Positions 23,070 to 35,398 of a DNA stretch of 55,193 nt are shown here, one piece after another. Origin of the DNA: Octopus bimaculoides (Eukaryota); assembly GCF_001194135.2 (NCBI RefSeq), contig NC_069006.1:16393221-16448413 (forward strand), read 5' to 3'. The number at the start of each line of letters is the position of its first letter. Position 1 is the stretch's first letter. The position numbers and the translations under genes were made by a program. The notes beneath the pieces were generated by a model. It was not told the origin of the DNA, searched no databases, and saw only the letters and a program-made list of their open reading frames with translations.

Positions 23070-25240
23070 ATGTATGCCAAAACAAAGTCAGACAGGAAGC
23101 CCAAGATATATGTTTCAGAGGATACAGGATGCCATGACCTATGTGTGTAATTATGGACGTCGAACCTAAATTGCTACCCACAATGCTATAGACGAAAAGA
23201 TTGTGTGTATGTGTGTATATCAAAGGGGGGAAATTTTCTTTCTTTTTGTTTTGATGTTTCTACAACAATTGGCAAAACACTTTACACTAATCTGTTATAT
23301 GCCAAATTGTGTCAACAGAAAAAACAGCTTTGGCTGTTTCTTTTTCATGTACAGATCCAACTTTACCTCCAAGAGGAAGAACAGCCCACTCTACCTTCAA
23401 ATTGCCATTGCACTTAGCTAACAATGATACATTAGTTTGTATAATATCAAGGAGGGACAGGTATTAAAGAGGTATTGTCTCATTATTACCGTCATCAATA
23501 ATATTAATAAGCTTTTTGTTCTTGTACGTACCTGTTGTGTGCATCACACTTACTTCCAGGAAATGGCAAAGCGACAGAGAGGAAGTAAGAAGAGAGAGAG
23601 GAAGTGCGTGGTGACGGTGTTCGTTTTGTGTTTTTAAATGTTTATCACATCGCAAGAGAAATAGATACATAGATACATATACACATTGTTAAATCAAAAG
23701 CAGGAGAGAAGAGGGACACAAACGAAGTGAAAGAGAAAGTGAGAGAGACAGTAGATACATAAATCCAAAGAAAAGTTCATAAATGGATACATACACACAG
23801 TAAATATTGGATGTCAATTTCACTTTTCATTACTCACAAAAATTAACTCACAAATGGCTGAGTACTCCACAGACATGCATAGCATTAACGTAGTTCTCAG
23901 GGAGATTCAGCCTCACACAGAATATGACAAGGCTGGCCCCTTTGAATTACAGCTACAACTCGAGACGTATTTGTGTGTGTGTGTGTATAGTTTAAGTTAG
24001 TTAAAACATGTTTGCAATAATAAGTGTCACGTGGGGGAAATAAACGGAATTACCAAACTTTCATTCGTAAATCCCTTTATTATCTCTCGTTCTTTTGCAT
24101 TTCAATTTGTACATTAAGGTTCTTTGAATATGCACGATGTATTTTAAGGTTAAATAGTGATTCTATTTATGTTTGTGTAACAGATATTTTGGTTGGATTA
24201 TAAAGTCATTGGTGTTTTATATTACTCTCTATATTCTGTAACTGTCACAATATACTTTTCTAGGCCTGTATTTTTTGTAGGGAGGGTCTTAGTTTATAGA
24301 CTCCGAAAGGACGAAAAGCAAAGTCAATCTCGGCAGAATTTGAACTCAGAACATAAAGACAGCCGGTCATAATATACAAATATTTCTTATTTCTTTATTG
24401 CCCACAAGGGGCTAAACATAGAGGGGACAAACAAGGACAGACAAAGGGATTAAGTCGATTACATCGACCCAGTACGTAACTGGTACTTAATTTATCGACC
24501 CCGAAAGGATGAAAGGCAAAGTCGACCTCGGCGGAATTTGAACTCAGAACATAACGGCAGACGAAATACCGCTAAGCATTTCGCCCAGCGTGCTAACGTT
24601 TCTTCCAGCTTGCCGCCTTTCGAAAGTTGGAGATGACCTCGGCAGAATTTGAACTCAGAAAGTACAGACGGATTAAATGCTGTTATGCATTTTGTCCAGC
24701 GTGTTAACGACTCTGCCAGTTCACCGCCTTTCTTATATACAAATATTTCTCATGGTACCAGTACACTGTTTACAGATGCATACATTTTTTATGTTTTCCG
24801 TGAATTTTTCACGGGTCCAGCTAGTTTGATATGAATGCACGATGGTGAACAAAAAGCCTTTGAAATTTCTGAATTGAAGGTAACAAGATTTAAGAAATTC
24901 TGAGGTTAATGAATGGTGCTGTTACCCTTGTACTATTAGGAGACTTTCTCCGGATTTTGCCTGTCATTCCAAAGGACATAAGAAAGGTGAATTAAAAGCT
25001 TGCTTCACATTATCTTATTTGCGAAGTCAAATAACAAGAATGAACCTAACTTTTTGAGCGATGATTCCTCTGAAGAATTTGTTCAAAATTTATTGGAAGG
25101 TAGGGTACCTCATGATAAAAATTATTGTTTAATTACATCTCTAATAAGCACATCACTTCTCTTCGATGAAATAACAGCAAGAATATTTCCAAATTTTCGG
25201 GACCACCAGCAAAACCATTCGTACTTATGTAAAGGTCAAT
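23070..25240 (+). mobile_element. Helitron Rep/helicase remnant, internally deleted and interrupted
   Basis: Rep motif TGSPRYMFQRIQDAMTYV (23095-23146); Walker A-like TTIGKTLYTNLL (23265); RGRTAHSTFKLPL (23375-23410); after a ~1.3-kb interruption, YECTMVNKKAFE (24830) and LLGDFLRILPVIPK (24930-24975); IFPNF..HSYLC (25185-25235). Confidence 0.88.
24388..24734 (-). mobile_element. SINE family C: full copy (24388-24618) plus an extra upstream head (24636-24730) inside one 16-bp TSD
   Basis: ATATACAAATATTTCT at 24372-24387 and 24735-24750. Both heads carry CTGAGTTCAAATT. A third partial copy lies at 24300-24362. Confidence 0.85.
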
Positions 25241-25244
25241 TTAA

Positions 25245-25790
25245 TGCTCATACCCTGTACTGACAAATCCATTTCAGAGTCTATCAGTTTCTTGTGTTTC
25301 AAATCTACAAGAAGACCGAAGGGATGTAAGAAATCGGCACCACTAATGGGATACAGAAGATTCGCAATCAGAAAAATCCACTTGAACTGATATCGCAAAT
25401 TAAGGTCTAAAATCATAGATTTCTCACAGCAAGTCGGGAATAAGGAAAGTGGTTAAAGGCTTGCAAAGCTATCACCGTCGGTTTTCACAGTTCGCATAAG
25501 AATTTTACTAGCTACACGCTACATGCTGCTCCTGTATTTACTAGGAGCCGAGTTTTGGAAATCGTTCTTATTGAAGAACGCCAAAAGATGCTTAATCCCT
25601 GGTGTTGCCGTTTTCTCACCTTTGAGTGGCTAATTTGAAAGAACATGGTTGAGTGCATCTGGGTGCGTTAGCATCACATGTTATAATATCAATAAAATGT
25701 CGTAGGTCTCCCACAAGGACTGAATGAACGATTTCTTGAAGTCCTTCGGCAACGGGAATTCGGGCGCGCAGAATATCGAGGTTGTAGCAT
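25245..25790 (-). mobile_element. Ty3/Gypsy (CsRn1-type) gag-protease remnant
   Basis: Minus strand: knuckle-like DANAPRCTQPCSF (25637-25680), protease LLVNTGAACSV (25520-25550; cf. FLVDTGA), then EKSMILDLNLRYQFKWIFLIA..PISGADFLHPFGLLVDLKHKKLIDS. Confidence 0.8.
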
Positions 25791-25879
25791 GTTTGTACTA
25801 GCTTTGGTTTAAAACACACAGTTTTGATCACAGGGTCGGCTCAGACGATACTGTAAGTTTACAACTTTACTCAGTCTGT

Positions 25880-26740
25880 GATTGGATGAATAAACAAGCG
25901 TGGCAATGATGCCACAATAGGGTCTTTGACAGATCAACATGAGCGTACGTTAAACGAACTAGTTGAGATGTGAAAGGTCTTCCATGAGCATTTCGCCATG
26001 CTGTTTGGGAGGGGCAGTGGGCCAGAGCGTAGGGAAGACCTCACGGACTTTCTTGCCGCGTCTCTCGGGGCGGGAAGTGGAATGCTGTGAGGCGCCGATA
26101 ACAGCTGCAGAAGTGGTGGAGGCATTGTCGGACTGCGGCGGGGACAGGTCACCGGGACTAGATGGTCTCCCCTACGAACTTTATTAAATATAGTATGTCA
26201 GACTTGTTTGGGCACCTACTGGTTTGCGTCTACACCAATTGGCAGCAGAATGGGAGTATTCCTAGGTCTGTGAGCCGGGGGGTTGTGGTGCTGCTAAGAA
26301 AGGACTCAAACACGGGGGGATGTAATTGATAATTTTAGGCCCATCATTCTACTTGACGCAGAGCTGAAGATTTTGGCCAAAGTATTAGCAAAAAGGTTGG
26401 CACGGGTCGTGGATAGACTTGTTGGGGAGGCGCAAACTTGCGTCATCTCCGACAGATCTATACACGACAATCTCCATCTTATTCGCTGTACCTTAGAGAG
26501 GGTTAGTAGAATTCCTGGCAAGGGTGAGGCAATAGTTCATCTAGACCAATCTAAAGCGTTTGATAGGGTTGACCATCGGTATCTGATGGCAGTCCTCGCA
26601 GCGGCCGGGTTTGGCCCGACCTTCCGTAGATGGCTCATCACTTTATACAGTAACATCAAAATTGAGTGCTCGGTCCGTCAAAGATGTCCTCTCTCCCCTC
26701 TGTTGTATGAATAGAGCCATTACTGCGGAAACTGGAGGGT
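25880..26740 (+). mobile_element. Tx1/L1-clade LINE reverse transcriptase remnant
   Basis: EAPITAAEVVEAL..RSPGLDGLPYELY; NFRPIILLDAELKILAKVLAKRL; RSIHDNLHLIR; HLDQSKAFDRVDHRYL; SVRQRCPLSPLLY, with stops and deletions. Confidence 0.92.
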
Positions 26741-27752
26741 GTCTCCTTTAAATTATTATTTGGAATTTGTATTGATTGCCTAGAAGTGTTCTTTCTATAA
26801 TTTCTCTTATCCTTTTATATATATATATATATATNNNNNNNNNNNNNNNNNNNNNNNNNNNNNNNNNNNNNNNNNNNNNNNNNNNNNNNNNNNNNNNNNN
26901 NNNNNNNNNNNNNNNNNNNNNNNNNNNNNNNNNNNNNNNNNNNNNNNNNNNNNNNNNNNNNNNNNNNNNNNNNNNNNNNNNNNNNNNNNNNNNNNNNNNN
27001 NNNNNNNNNNNNNNNNNNNNNNNNNNNNNNNNNNNNNNNNNNNNNNNNNNNNNNNNNNNNNNNNNNNNNNNNNNNNNNNNNNNNNNNNNNNNNNNNNNNN
27101 NNNNNNNNNNNNNNNNNNNNNNNNNNNNNNNNNNNNNNNNNNNNNNNNNNNNNNNNNNNNNNNNNNNNNNNNNNNNNNNNNNNNNNNNNNNNNNNNNNNN
27201 NNNNNNNNNNNNNNNNNNNNNNNNNNNNNNNNNNNNNNNNNNNNNNNNNNNNNNNNNNNNNNNNNNNNNNNNNNNNNNNNNNNNNNNNNNNNNNNNNNNN
27301 NNNNNNNNNNNNNNNNNNNNNNNNNNNNNNNNNNNNNNNNNNNNNNNNNNNNNNNNNNNNNNNNNNNNNNNNNNNNNNNNNNNNNNNNNNNNNNNNNNNN
27401 NNNNNNNNNNNNNNNNNNNNNNNNNNNNNNNNNNNNNNNNNNNNNNNNNNNNNNNNNNNNNNNNNNNNNNNNNNNNNNNNNNNNNNNNNNNNNNNNNNNN
27501 NNNNNNNNNNNNNNNNNNNNNNNNNNNNNNNNNNNNNNNNNNNNNNNNNNNNNNNNNNNNNNNNNNNNNNNNNNNNNNNNNNNNNNNNNNNNNNNNNNNN
27601 NNNNNNNNNNNNNNNNNNNNNNNNNNNNNNNNNNNNNNNNNNNNNNNNNNNNNNNNNNNNNNNNNNNNNNNNNNNNNNNNNNNNNNNNNNNNNNNNNNNN
27701 NNNNNNNNNNNNNNNNNNNNNNNNNNNNNNNNNNNNNNNNNNNNNNNNNNNN

Positions 27753-28060
27753 GACTTATTCTTTATAAGCCTAGTACTTATTCTATCGGTCTCTTTTGCC
27801 GAACTGCTAAGTTACGGGGACGTAAACACACCAGCATCGGTTGTCAAGCAATGTTGGAGGGACAAACAGACACACAAACACATATATATATTTACATATA
27901 TACGACAGGCTTCTTTCAGTTTCCGTCTACCAAATCCACTCACAAGGCTTTGGTCGGCCCGAGGCTATAGTAGAAGACACTTGCCCAAGGTGCCACGCAG
28001 TGGGAATGAACCCAGAACCATGTGGTTGGTAAGCAAGCTACTTACCACACAGCCACTCCT
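27753..28060 (-). mobile_element. SINE family B, near full length (tail runs into gap)
   Basis: Reverse complement of the 35704-36092 consensus. Confidence 0.9.
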
Positions 28061-28265
28061 ATAAATTAAGGATTGCATTCTCTCCCCAAAATCCCAAGTT
28101 CACCCATACTTTGCTCCAGATGGGTTGGTACGTATCCAATTGTACCTAAGGAGAGGCATCTGCACTTATGATGCATGACAATTGTTTACACAGCATATCA
28201 CCTATAAGGTACTGATGGATGGTGGGTAGAAATGACCAGTGTCCTGTTAATTTTCTTTTCTTTCT

Positions 28266-28304
<39 letters not shown>

Positions 28305-28617
28305 ACACTCGCTATGGTATACTGAGATGAGCCTTATAAGATACGACAATTATGATGAAGTATGAATTAGTGCTTTAAAAGACTCTCTAGTAGTTGCAGA
28401 ACTATTAGAAAGCAATATTTCATACAAAAATGACCCTCTGACATTCACACATATGCTCATAAAAATGAAGAAATATTACTCCTGCTAATTCATCAGAAGA
28501 TATAGAAGCTGAGGGATACGTATACACGACCACAGGAACAAACCAAGGCAACTGTAATGTAATACAACCGTGTAGATGGCTTAGATGGATGGATGGAGCA
28601 TATGTGTGTGTGTGTTT

Positions 28618-28927
28618 GTGGAGGCGCAATGGCCTAGTGGTTAGGGCAGCGGACTCGCGGTTTCGATTCCCAGACCAGGCGTTATGTGTGTTTATTGAGC
28701 GAAAACACCTAAAGCTCCATGAGGCTCCGGCAGGGGATGGTGGCGAACCCTGCTGTACTCTTTCACCACAACTTTCTCTTACTTCCTGTTTCTGTTGTGC
28801 CTGTAATTCAAAGGGTCAGCCTTGTCACACTATGACACGCTGAATATCCCCGAGAACTACGTTAAGGGTACATGTGTCTGTGGAGTTCTCAGCCACTTGC
28901 ACGTTAATTTCACGAGCAGGCTGTTCC
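28618..28927 (+). mobile_element. SINE family A with a short deletion in the tRNA head, truncated by gap
   Basis: GTGGAGGCGCAATGGCCTAGTGG...GGACTCGCGGTTTCGATTCCC; the segment between the two CGCGGT repeats is missing relative to 13260-13635. Confidence 0.9.
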
Positions 28928-29519
28928 NNNNNNNNNNNNNNNNNNNNNNNNNNNNNNNNNNNNNNNNNNNNNNNNNNNNNNNNNNNNNNNNNNNNNNNNN
29001 NNNNNNNNNNNNNNNNNNNNNNNNNNNNNNNNNNNNNNNNNNNNNNNNNNNNNNNNNNNNNNNNNNNNNNNNNNNNNNNNNNNNNNNNNNNNNNNNNNNN
29101 NNNNNNNNNNNNNNNNNNNNNNNNNNNNNNNNNNNNNNNNNNNNNNNNNNNNNNNNNNNNNNNNNNNNNNNNNNNNNNNNNNNNNNNNNNNNNNNNNNNN
29201 NNNNNNNNNNNNNNNNNNNNNNNNNNNNNNNNNNNNNNNNNNNNNNNNNNNNNNNNNNNNNNNNNNNNNNNNNNNNNNNNNNNNNNNNNNNNNNNNNNNN
29301 NNNNNNNNNNNNNNNNNNNNNNNNNNTTATGAATAATAATAATTTCTAACTGAGGTGTTAGGCCAGTAATTTTGTTGGGTATAAACAGGGTAAGAAAATC
29401 GACCGCGATTAAGAACTTGCTTCCAGAGGATTTTTGTTATTTTATTTTAAACTTAGAATGTAAAGGGAGACAACTAAACATTGCAAAGCAATATTTAGTT
29501 TGTTCCACTACAGATCATG

Positions 29520-29710
29520 TCATAAATAATGAATTCTGATAAAGGCAAAGGCCTCCAAAATTTGCGGGGAGGAAACTGTAAATAAGATTGACATTAGTAC
29601 AGGGCTGGTTCTTCTTTTATCAACTTGAGATTGATGAAAAGTGAAGTTGACTTTAAAAAGTTTTTCACTCAGAATGTAAAGGGACGTAACTCGATGCGGT
29701 AAAGCAAATC
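29520..29710 (-). mobile_element. Decayed family C-related SINE with an alternative tail (second copy 34735-34910)
   Basis: AAAGTTGAC..AATTTGAACTCAGAA(C/T)GTAAAG core, but a tail with AAGGCC..AATTT.GGG instead of the CCCACAAGGGGCT tail. Confidence 0.5.
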
Positions 29711-30347
29711 TGCCGTGATAATTTATTTATGCCATAATATTCGTTGAAAGATGTCAGAAGCCGGGTATCTTCACTAAATACCTAAAGTTATTGAGTTATC
29801 ACCCTTAACATTCTGCTTCATCTTTTCTGGGGAACGATTTAAAACGACCGCACCCCTTCTCTAAACTCTACAATATATTAATAATATTCTAAGATGGAAT
29901 ATTACAAGATGGAACAACTTACAATGGAAGGGAGGTAATTCAATACATTACAACATGTACAACTTCGTTGCTAACAACAACAACAACAAAAGTTCGTGAT
30001 TTTTACTAATTGGATTTTAACGTACGTAATGCATTTAATCATGCTGTGAAGTTAAGTTAGGTCTACGGGGTCCCTTTTGACAGCTGTGATAAAGATTCAG
30101 TTAACTGGTTTTGTATTATATATGTATCATATTCCAATGAAAAAGAATATATTTAAGACGTTAACTGGTTTCTCTCCCTCACAAGAAACGGTTTGGCGTC
30201 AACTTTACAGAAACCGTTGCTCGCGAAACAATTGAACAAAGCAGTTGCTCGAATCAACAATTAATAAATAAACATTTGAAGTACTGAAACAAGTTAAAGA
30301 AAATAGTTGTATTATATTTTTTCAAATACTTTTAAACATTAAAATGT

Positions 30348-30570
30348 TAGACGGAAACTGAAAGAAGCCCGTCGTATATATGTATATATATATGTATGTG
30401 TGTTTGTCCCTCCACCATTGCTTGACAACCGATGCTGGTGTGTTTACGTCCCCGTAACTTAGCGATAGAATAAGTACTAGGCTTACAAAGAATAAGTCCC
30501 GGGGTCGATTTGCTCGACTAAAGGCGGTGCTCCAGCATGGCCGCAGTCAAATGACTGAAACAAATAAGAG
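30348..30570 (+). mobile_element. SINE family B, 5'-truncated
   Basis: Starts at TAGACGGAAACTGAAAGAAGCCCGTCG and continues through the tail. Confidence 0.88.
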
Positions 30571-31949
30571 ACGAATGAATTCATCTTTCATTTCCTGTCA
30601 GTTTTTTTTATCTACAGCCTGGTTTCATTACTCGCTAAGTTGTGTGGTCTTACCTTTAGTATCGAACAAGCTTATCAAGCTGTTACTTTTCTAATGTGAA
30701 AAAAACATATAATTTCACATAGGACACACACAACAGAGTGAGTAATGAAAGCAGGTAATGGATAAAAGTGGCAAGAAATAAAAATGAAATTCATACCAAA
30801 GTGAATAATTGTCAATAAAACGGAGATAAAGCAAATAAGATAGATCCATTTGATGAGGCGACGCCCGGAAACTAAAAAGCACCAAAAATATGCTTACCAA
30901 AATAAAAAAAATAAATGGTAATTATTTACGATTCTCCCAAATTGAAAGATCGCCGAATTAATATGTGATAAAAATATTTAAGTAAATAATTGTAGTAGCA
31001 ATAGGAAATAGATGGTTAATAATTTTAACCAATCAGAAAACGAGTAAGTCTTTACTGCTTGATATAAACAATCACAAGGTTAGATAATTCTTGCTACTTC
31101 CGAGGTCAAACTAACAGTGAAGAGGTAAGAAGGTGTGGAGGAGTGGTTACAGTAGATATAAAGACTGTGGTAGCAGTATACAGTGGGAGACAGGAAGAAG
31201 AGGTGCGTTGAGAATACGAAAATTAATACAAATAGAGAAATGGAAAAACTGGCCTGTTCAGAAAAACGACCCCCCAAAAGCTGAGATTAAAGTCGAATAT
31301 ATATTTGTTTAAGAATTTTTTGTTTGTGTTTAAAAATAAGTGAGTTGGAATGAGAGCCGATCCTTTTCCCGAATTGAATTAAAGAGGGATAGGAAAAGTA
31401 AAAAATAGAAGTGACACATAAGGAAGATTAGGAAAGGGAACACGATAGGCAATAACTTTGGAGGTGACAAGAGGACAGTAAGAGGGGGCGGGAAGGGAAA
31501 ATGTAAAAGGTGAATGGGAACGGAGAAGAGAAACGGAGACGTAAGATAAGTAAAGATAGAAACAGCAGAAAGTTCGAAACAAAGAGACCGACAGATGAGA
31601 TATGAAAGGGGGGGGGAATAAAAAGGGGAAATCAAGGAGTGATGTGAAGTTAATATAATTAATAACCAGACAAAGAGTTATGTTTGAGAGAGGAGAGAAA
31701 AGATTGCGATAGAGTACAGTTAGAGCAAGAAAGGCAGATCTTTTTCTTTCTTGACTTCTTTCTTTCTTTCCTTGTCTCTGTTTGGCTGTCCCTATCTATC
31801 TATCTATCTGTCTCTCTCTCTCTGTATCTGTCTGTCTGTCTCTCTCTCTCTCTAGCAAGGGGAGAGAAGCATGGAACCTACCCCTCCACTCAGATACATG
31901 GACACATTCATTCAATTATTTTAACACGCATACACATTCGAACAAACGA

Positions 31950-32516
31950 GGCGGAATTTTTTTTTTATTCGAAACAAAACATAACAAATCTTTTTTTTTT
32001 TTTTTTGAAACGATCGACTAATCGAACGAAAGTATCTATTTTCAAAAAATTTAATCGATTTCTTGAATATCTCTAATCTTTATTTTAAAAAATATCTAAC
32101 ATATATACGTATATATATTTTTATGATATCCGAAAAAAAATCCCCCCCGAAAAAACTCTGACCGTTGTTTGCTTCTTTCCAGTCGAAGCTGAGAGAAGTG
32201 AATGAAACTCAAAATCGGACTGGAACTCAACTCGAACTCTACCTCTGCTCGAATGAACCGAAGCTGAACCTGATGGATATTGTCAGAAACTTCCAATGCC
32301 CGCTTCTTCTTCTTCTTTCCTCTTAAATAACACCAAAACAAACAGGAGAAGAAAAAAAACAATATCATCATTTACATTCTAACAACAACTGCTACTACAA
32401 TTAAGGTTAATTTATTAATTTGTTGAAAGATTTCAGTTTTTTTGTTGTTGTTTGGGGGTGATTTTGGCGACTATACAATTTTTTATTATTTTTTGGTTGG
32501 AAAGAAAAGGGTGAGT
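31950..32516 (+). promoter_or_regulatory. Candidate promoter / non-coding first exon of the PI3K gene, ending at donor AAGG|GTGAGT (exon end 32510)
   Basis: CpG-retaining unique sequence with poly-T/A tracts and a consensus donor at 32511-32516. The first coding exon has an acceptor 22 nt before its ATG, so an upstream exon is required. The assignment itself is inference. Confidence 0.4.
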
Positions 32517-33294
32517 CTTTTATTCTTCTTACTGTTGACTTTTGATTCCTTAATCATACACACACACACACACACATATATAAAACATCCGTTGACATTC
32601 GGCGATCAATCTGTATTGAAGAATAGTATTATATAGAATAGCCATCGTTCGTTTAGTCGAGTGCAAGTGTCCGTAAAAGCCATTCATAAACACACCTCAT
32701 ACATACACACACACACACACATACAACTATAGATCTTTATATTATTAATAATATATATTCTTTTGAATGTGTGTATATCCTACTATGCTCTATTAGCTTT
32801 ATGAAAATTTTAAATAGTCCAATTATTTTGAGATACTGTGACTTTCTCTATTTTGAAATGATAGATATGGTATATCATTGTGTGTGTATAATGCGCGCAC
32901 ACACACATCTATATCTGAAAATATTGATGTGTGTGATATATAATATATCTATATGTATACACTATATGGTGGGTCAATTTACAGTGCCTTGACATTTTGT
33001 TTTATCATATACGACCAATAATGATTTTTTTTTAAAGTTTAATACTACAAATAATTGTAACAGATGTAGTTGAACCAAGTAAATATGTATTTAGGGTAAA
33101 TAAGTTGGCAAAACAAACAAGTTAATCTTGAAATCAAACCATACAGAACGATTATGTTGAAATATATTTTTCTAGTTTACTGTCTTTTATGTAGCTAGAC
33201 TCTACCTCACATTATATATAATTACAAACACATAAGTATTCTCACACCACACACACACGTACATACATACATACATGTATCTATATTTCCAGTA

Positions 33295-33606
33295 TCTCAT
33301 TTCGATATTTTCGCTCCTAGTTTGCTTTTATAATGATCGTTATTTTAGAGGGATCGATTTATAATGATATCAACATGTATATGGGTCCCCGATTTAATGC
33401 ATAAACTCAACCAGTCCCAGCTTCTCAACAACCTATTTCGTTTCCTTGTCCGTCTTTTTTATACATAATACATTTATTTATATCGGTTCAGTCAGCACTG
33501 TCTTCCTAACTTTAATGACATTTGTTTTTTAGTCAATCCGTATAATGAAGACATTTAGTTAAAATCATTTTCTATATTCATTCATATACACCTATATTGT
33601 ATGGAG

Positions 33607-33674
<68 letters not shown>

Positions 33675-33860
33675 GAAGTAGGTTCTCGCTTCAATATTTT
33701 TGCTCCTCTTTTCCTTTTACAATCATCACTGTTTTAGAGGGATCAATTTATAATGATAGCAACATGTATATGGGACCCCGATTTAAAGCATAACTCAACC
33801 AGTCCTATCTTCTCAACATAGTTCGCTTCTTTGTCCTCTTTTTATACATACATAATAGAT
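33295..33860. repeat. ~170-bp local direct duplication (33295-33470 and 33683-33860)
   Basis: Both copies contain TTTTAGAGGGATC.ATTTATAATGAT..CAACATGTATATGGG.CCCCGATTTAA.GCATAA.CTCAACCAGTCC. Confidence 0.88.
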
Positions 33861-33976
33861 ACATTTATTTATATATATATATATATATGTTCTCACCTCG
33901 TTCTCTCAACTTTTGTTTTTAGCCTGATATACATACACACTCACACGTATATATACACGTATGTATATATACATGT

Positions 33977-34012
<36 letters not shown>

Positions 34013-34189
34013 GTATATATCTGTAGTTATACTTATATCAGAATAAAGCGATCAGTTTAAAATTGTTTTCTGTAGTAATAAGTATGTATTCAGTCATACA
34101 ATACATCTATATTATGTGTAGTACACATTCACATAATGACAGCGATCACTGTCCTTCCACACACACATTCAAATTATAAAACACATGCT

Positions 34190-34254
<65 letters not shown>

Positions 34255-34625
34255 ATATATACACACGCACGCGTTTCCATTAACTGATACATATATACTT
34301 ATGTGCTGGTGAATGGGGACGTTTAATGTACATAGATTTGTGTTTAAGATTGAAATATGTTTACCGTAAGAACTGGTTGTAGTCGAGTTTTTTAAAACTG
34401 TGTGTGTGTGTACACACACACGCACACGAAGTCCCACAACTAAACCCCCCTACAACTTTTAAATGCTATTTCAAACCATATTTAAATTAATATTGCCATC
34501 ATCTTCTTCTGATGATGATTTGTTTTAGCTTAGTCATTTACACCGAATACACACCTTTCTATAAAAAAATTTAAAAAATCAAGCCATTTTATGTCCGACT
34601 AAGGATGTATAACACTGTGTTACAT

Positions 34626-34665
<40 letters not shown>

Positions 34666-35398
34666 ATAAACACATATTCATACACGCATCGATAATTTCT
34701 GAAATATTCGTAGCAAGTAGATAATGTTAATAACAATGGTTTCTAATCTAGACGCTAGGGCAGCAATTTTGAAGGGAGGGGTTACTTGATGCTACTGACT
34801 TCAGTACTTGACTGGTACTTTAATTTTATCGGCTCTTGAAGGTAGGAAAGGCAAGTTGACCCTGGCTGGATTTGAACTCAGAACGTAAAGTGCCGGAAGA
34901 AAATACCGCAAAGCAAATAATAATTGTAATGATAATATATGCATATTGCTTGTTTACTTGTGAATGTGGGTGTGTATATTATCTGTTTGAGTGGAAATAT
35001 CATTTCCGGTTTATCTCTGTAAGCTACACACAAGCACACCTATTATCATGGCTTCTCTGTCATTTATTATTAATAATGTGGGGGGGGGGGACCCCGTCGT
35101 GTTGTTTATTCCTGTTCGACAGTGCAAATCTGTCATCAAAGGCATTCCTGTTGTGACCGTGCTGTTGTTTTTCTCTCCAAAACATTGTCGGGGTATACCA
35201 TCCAATTTACTGAGAAAAACAGTAGCGTATGATTTGGAGGAGATTTAGAAGTCTCAAGTGGTCGTCTGACCTGCTAGACATAGCAGCAAAGTTTCTCTTG
35301 CACCACAGTCTCTTATCATAAAAAAAAAAAGAAACAAACATTGGATAATGTAGTTTGGTACATTGCCTGAAGAAAGAAATACAAGTCATACTTTAGAT

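Noticed and set aside
26776-27768. ORFs spanning N-runs (also near 1475, 5083, 21421, 28822, 47218)
   Set aside because: Artefacts of translating assembly gaps.
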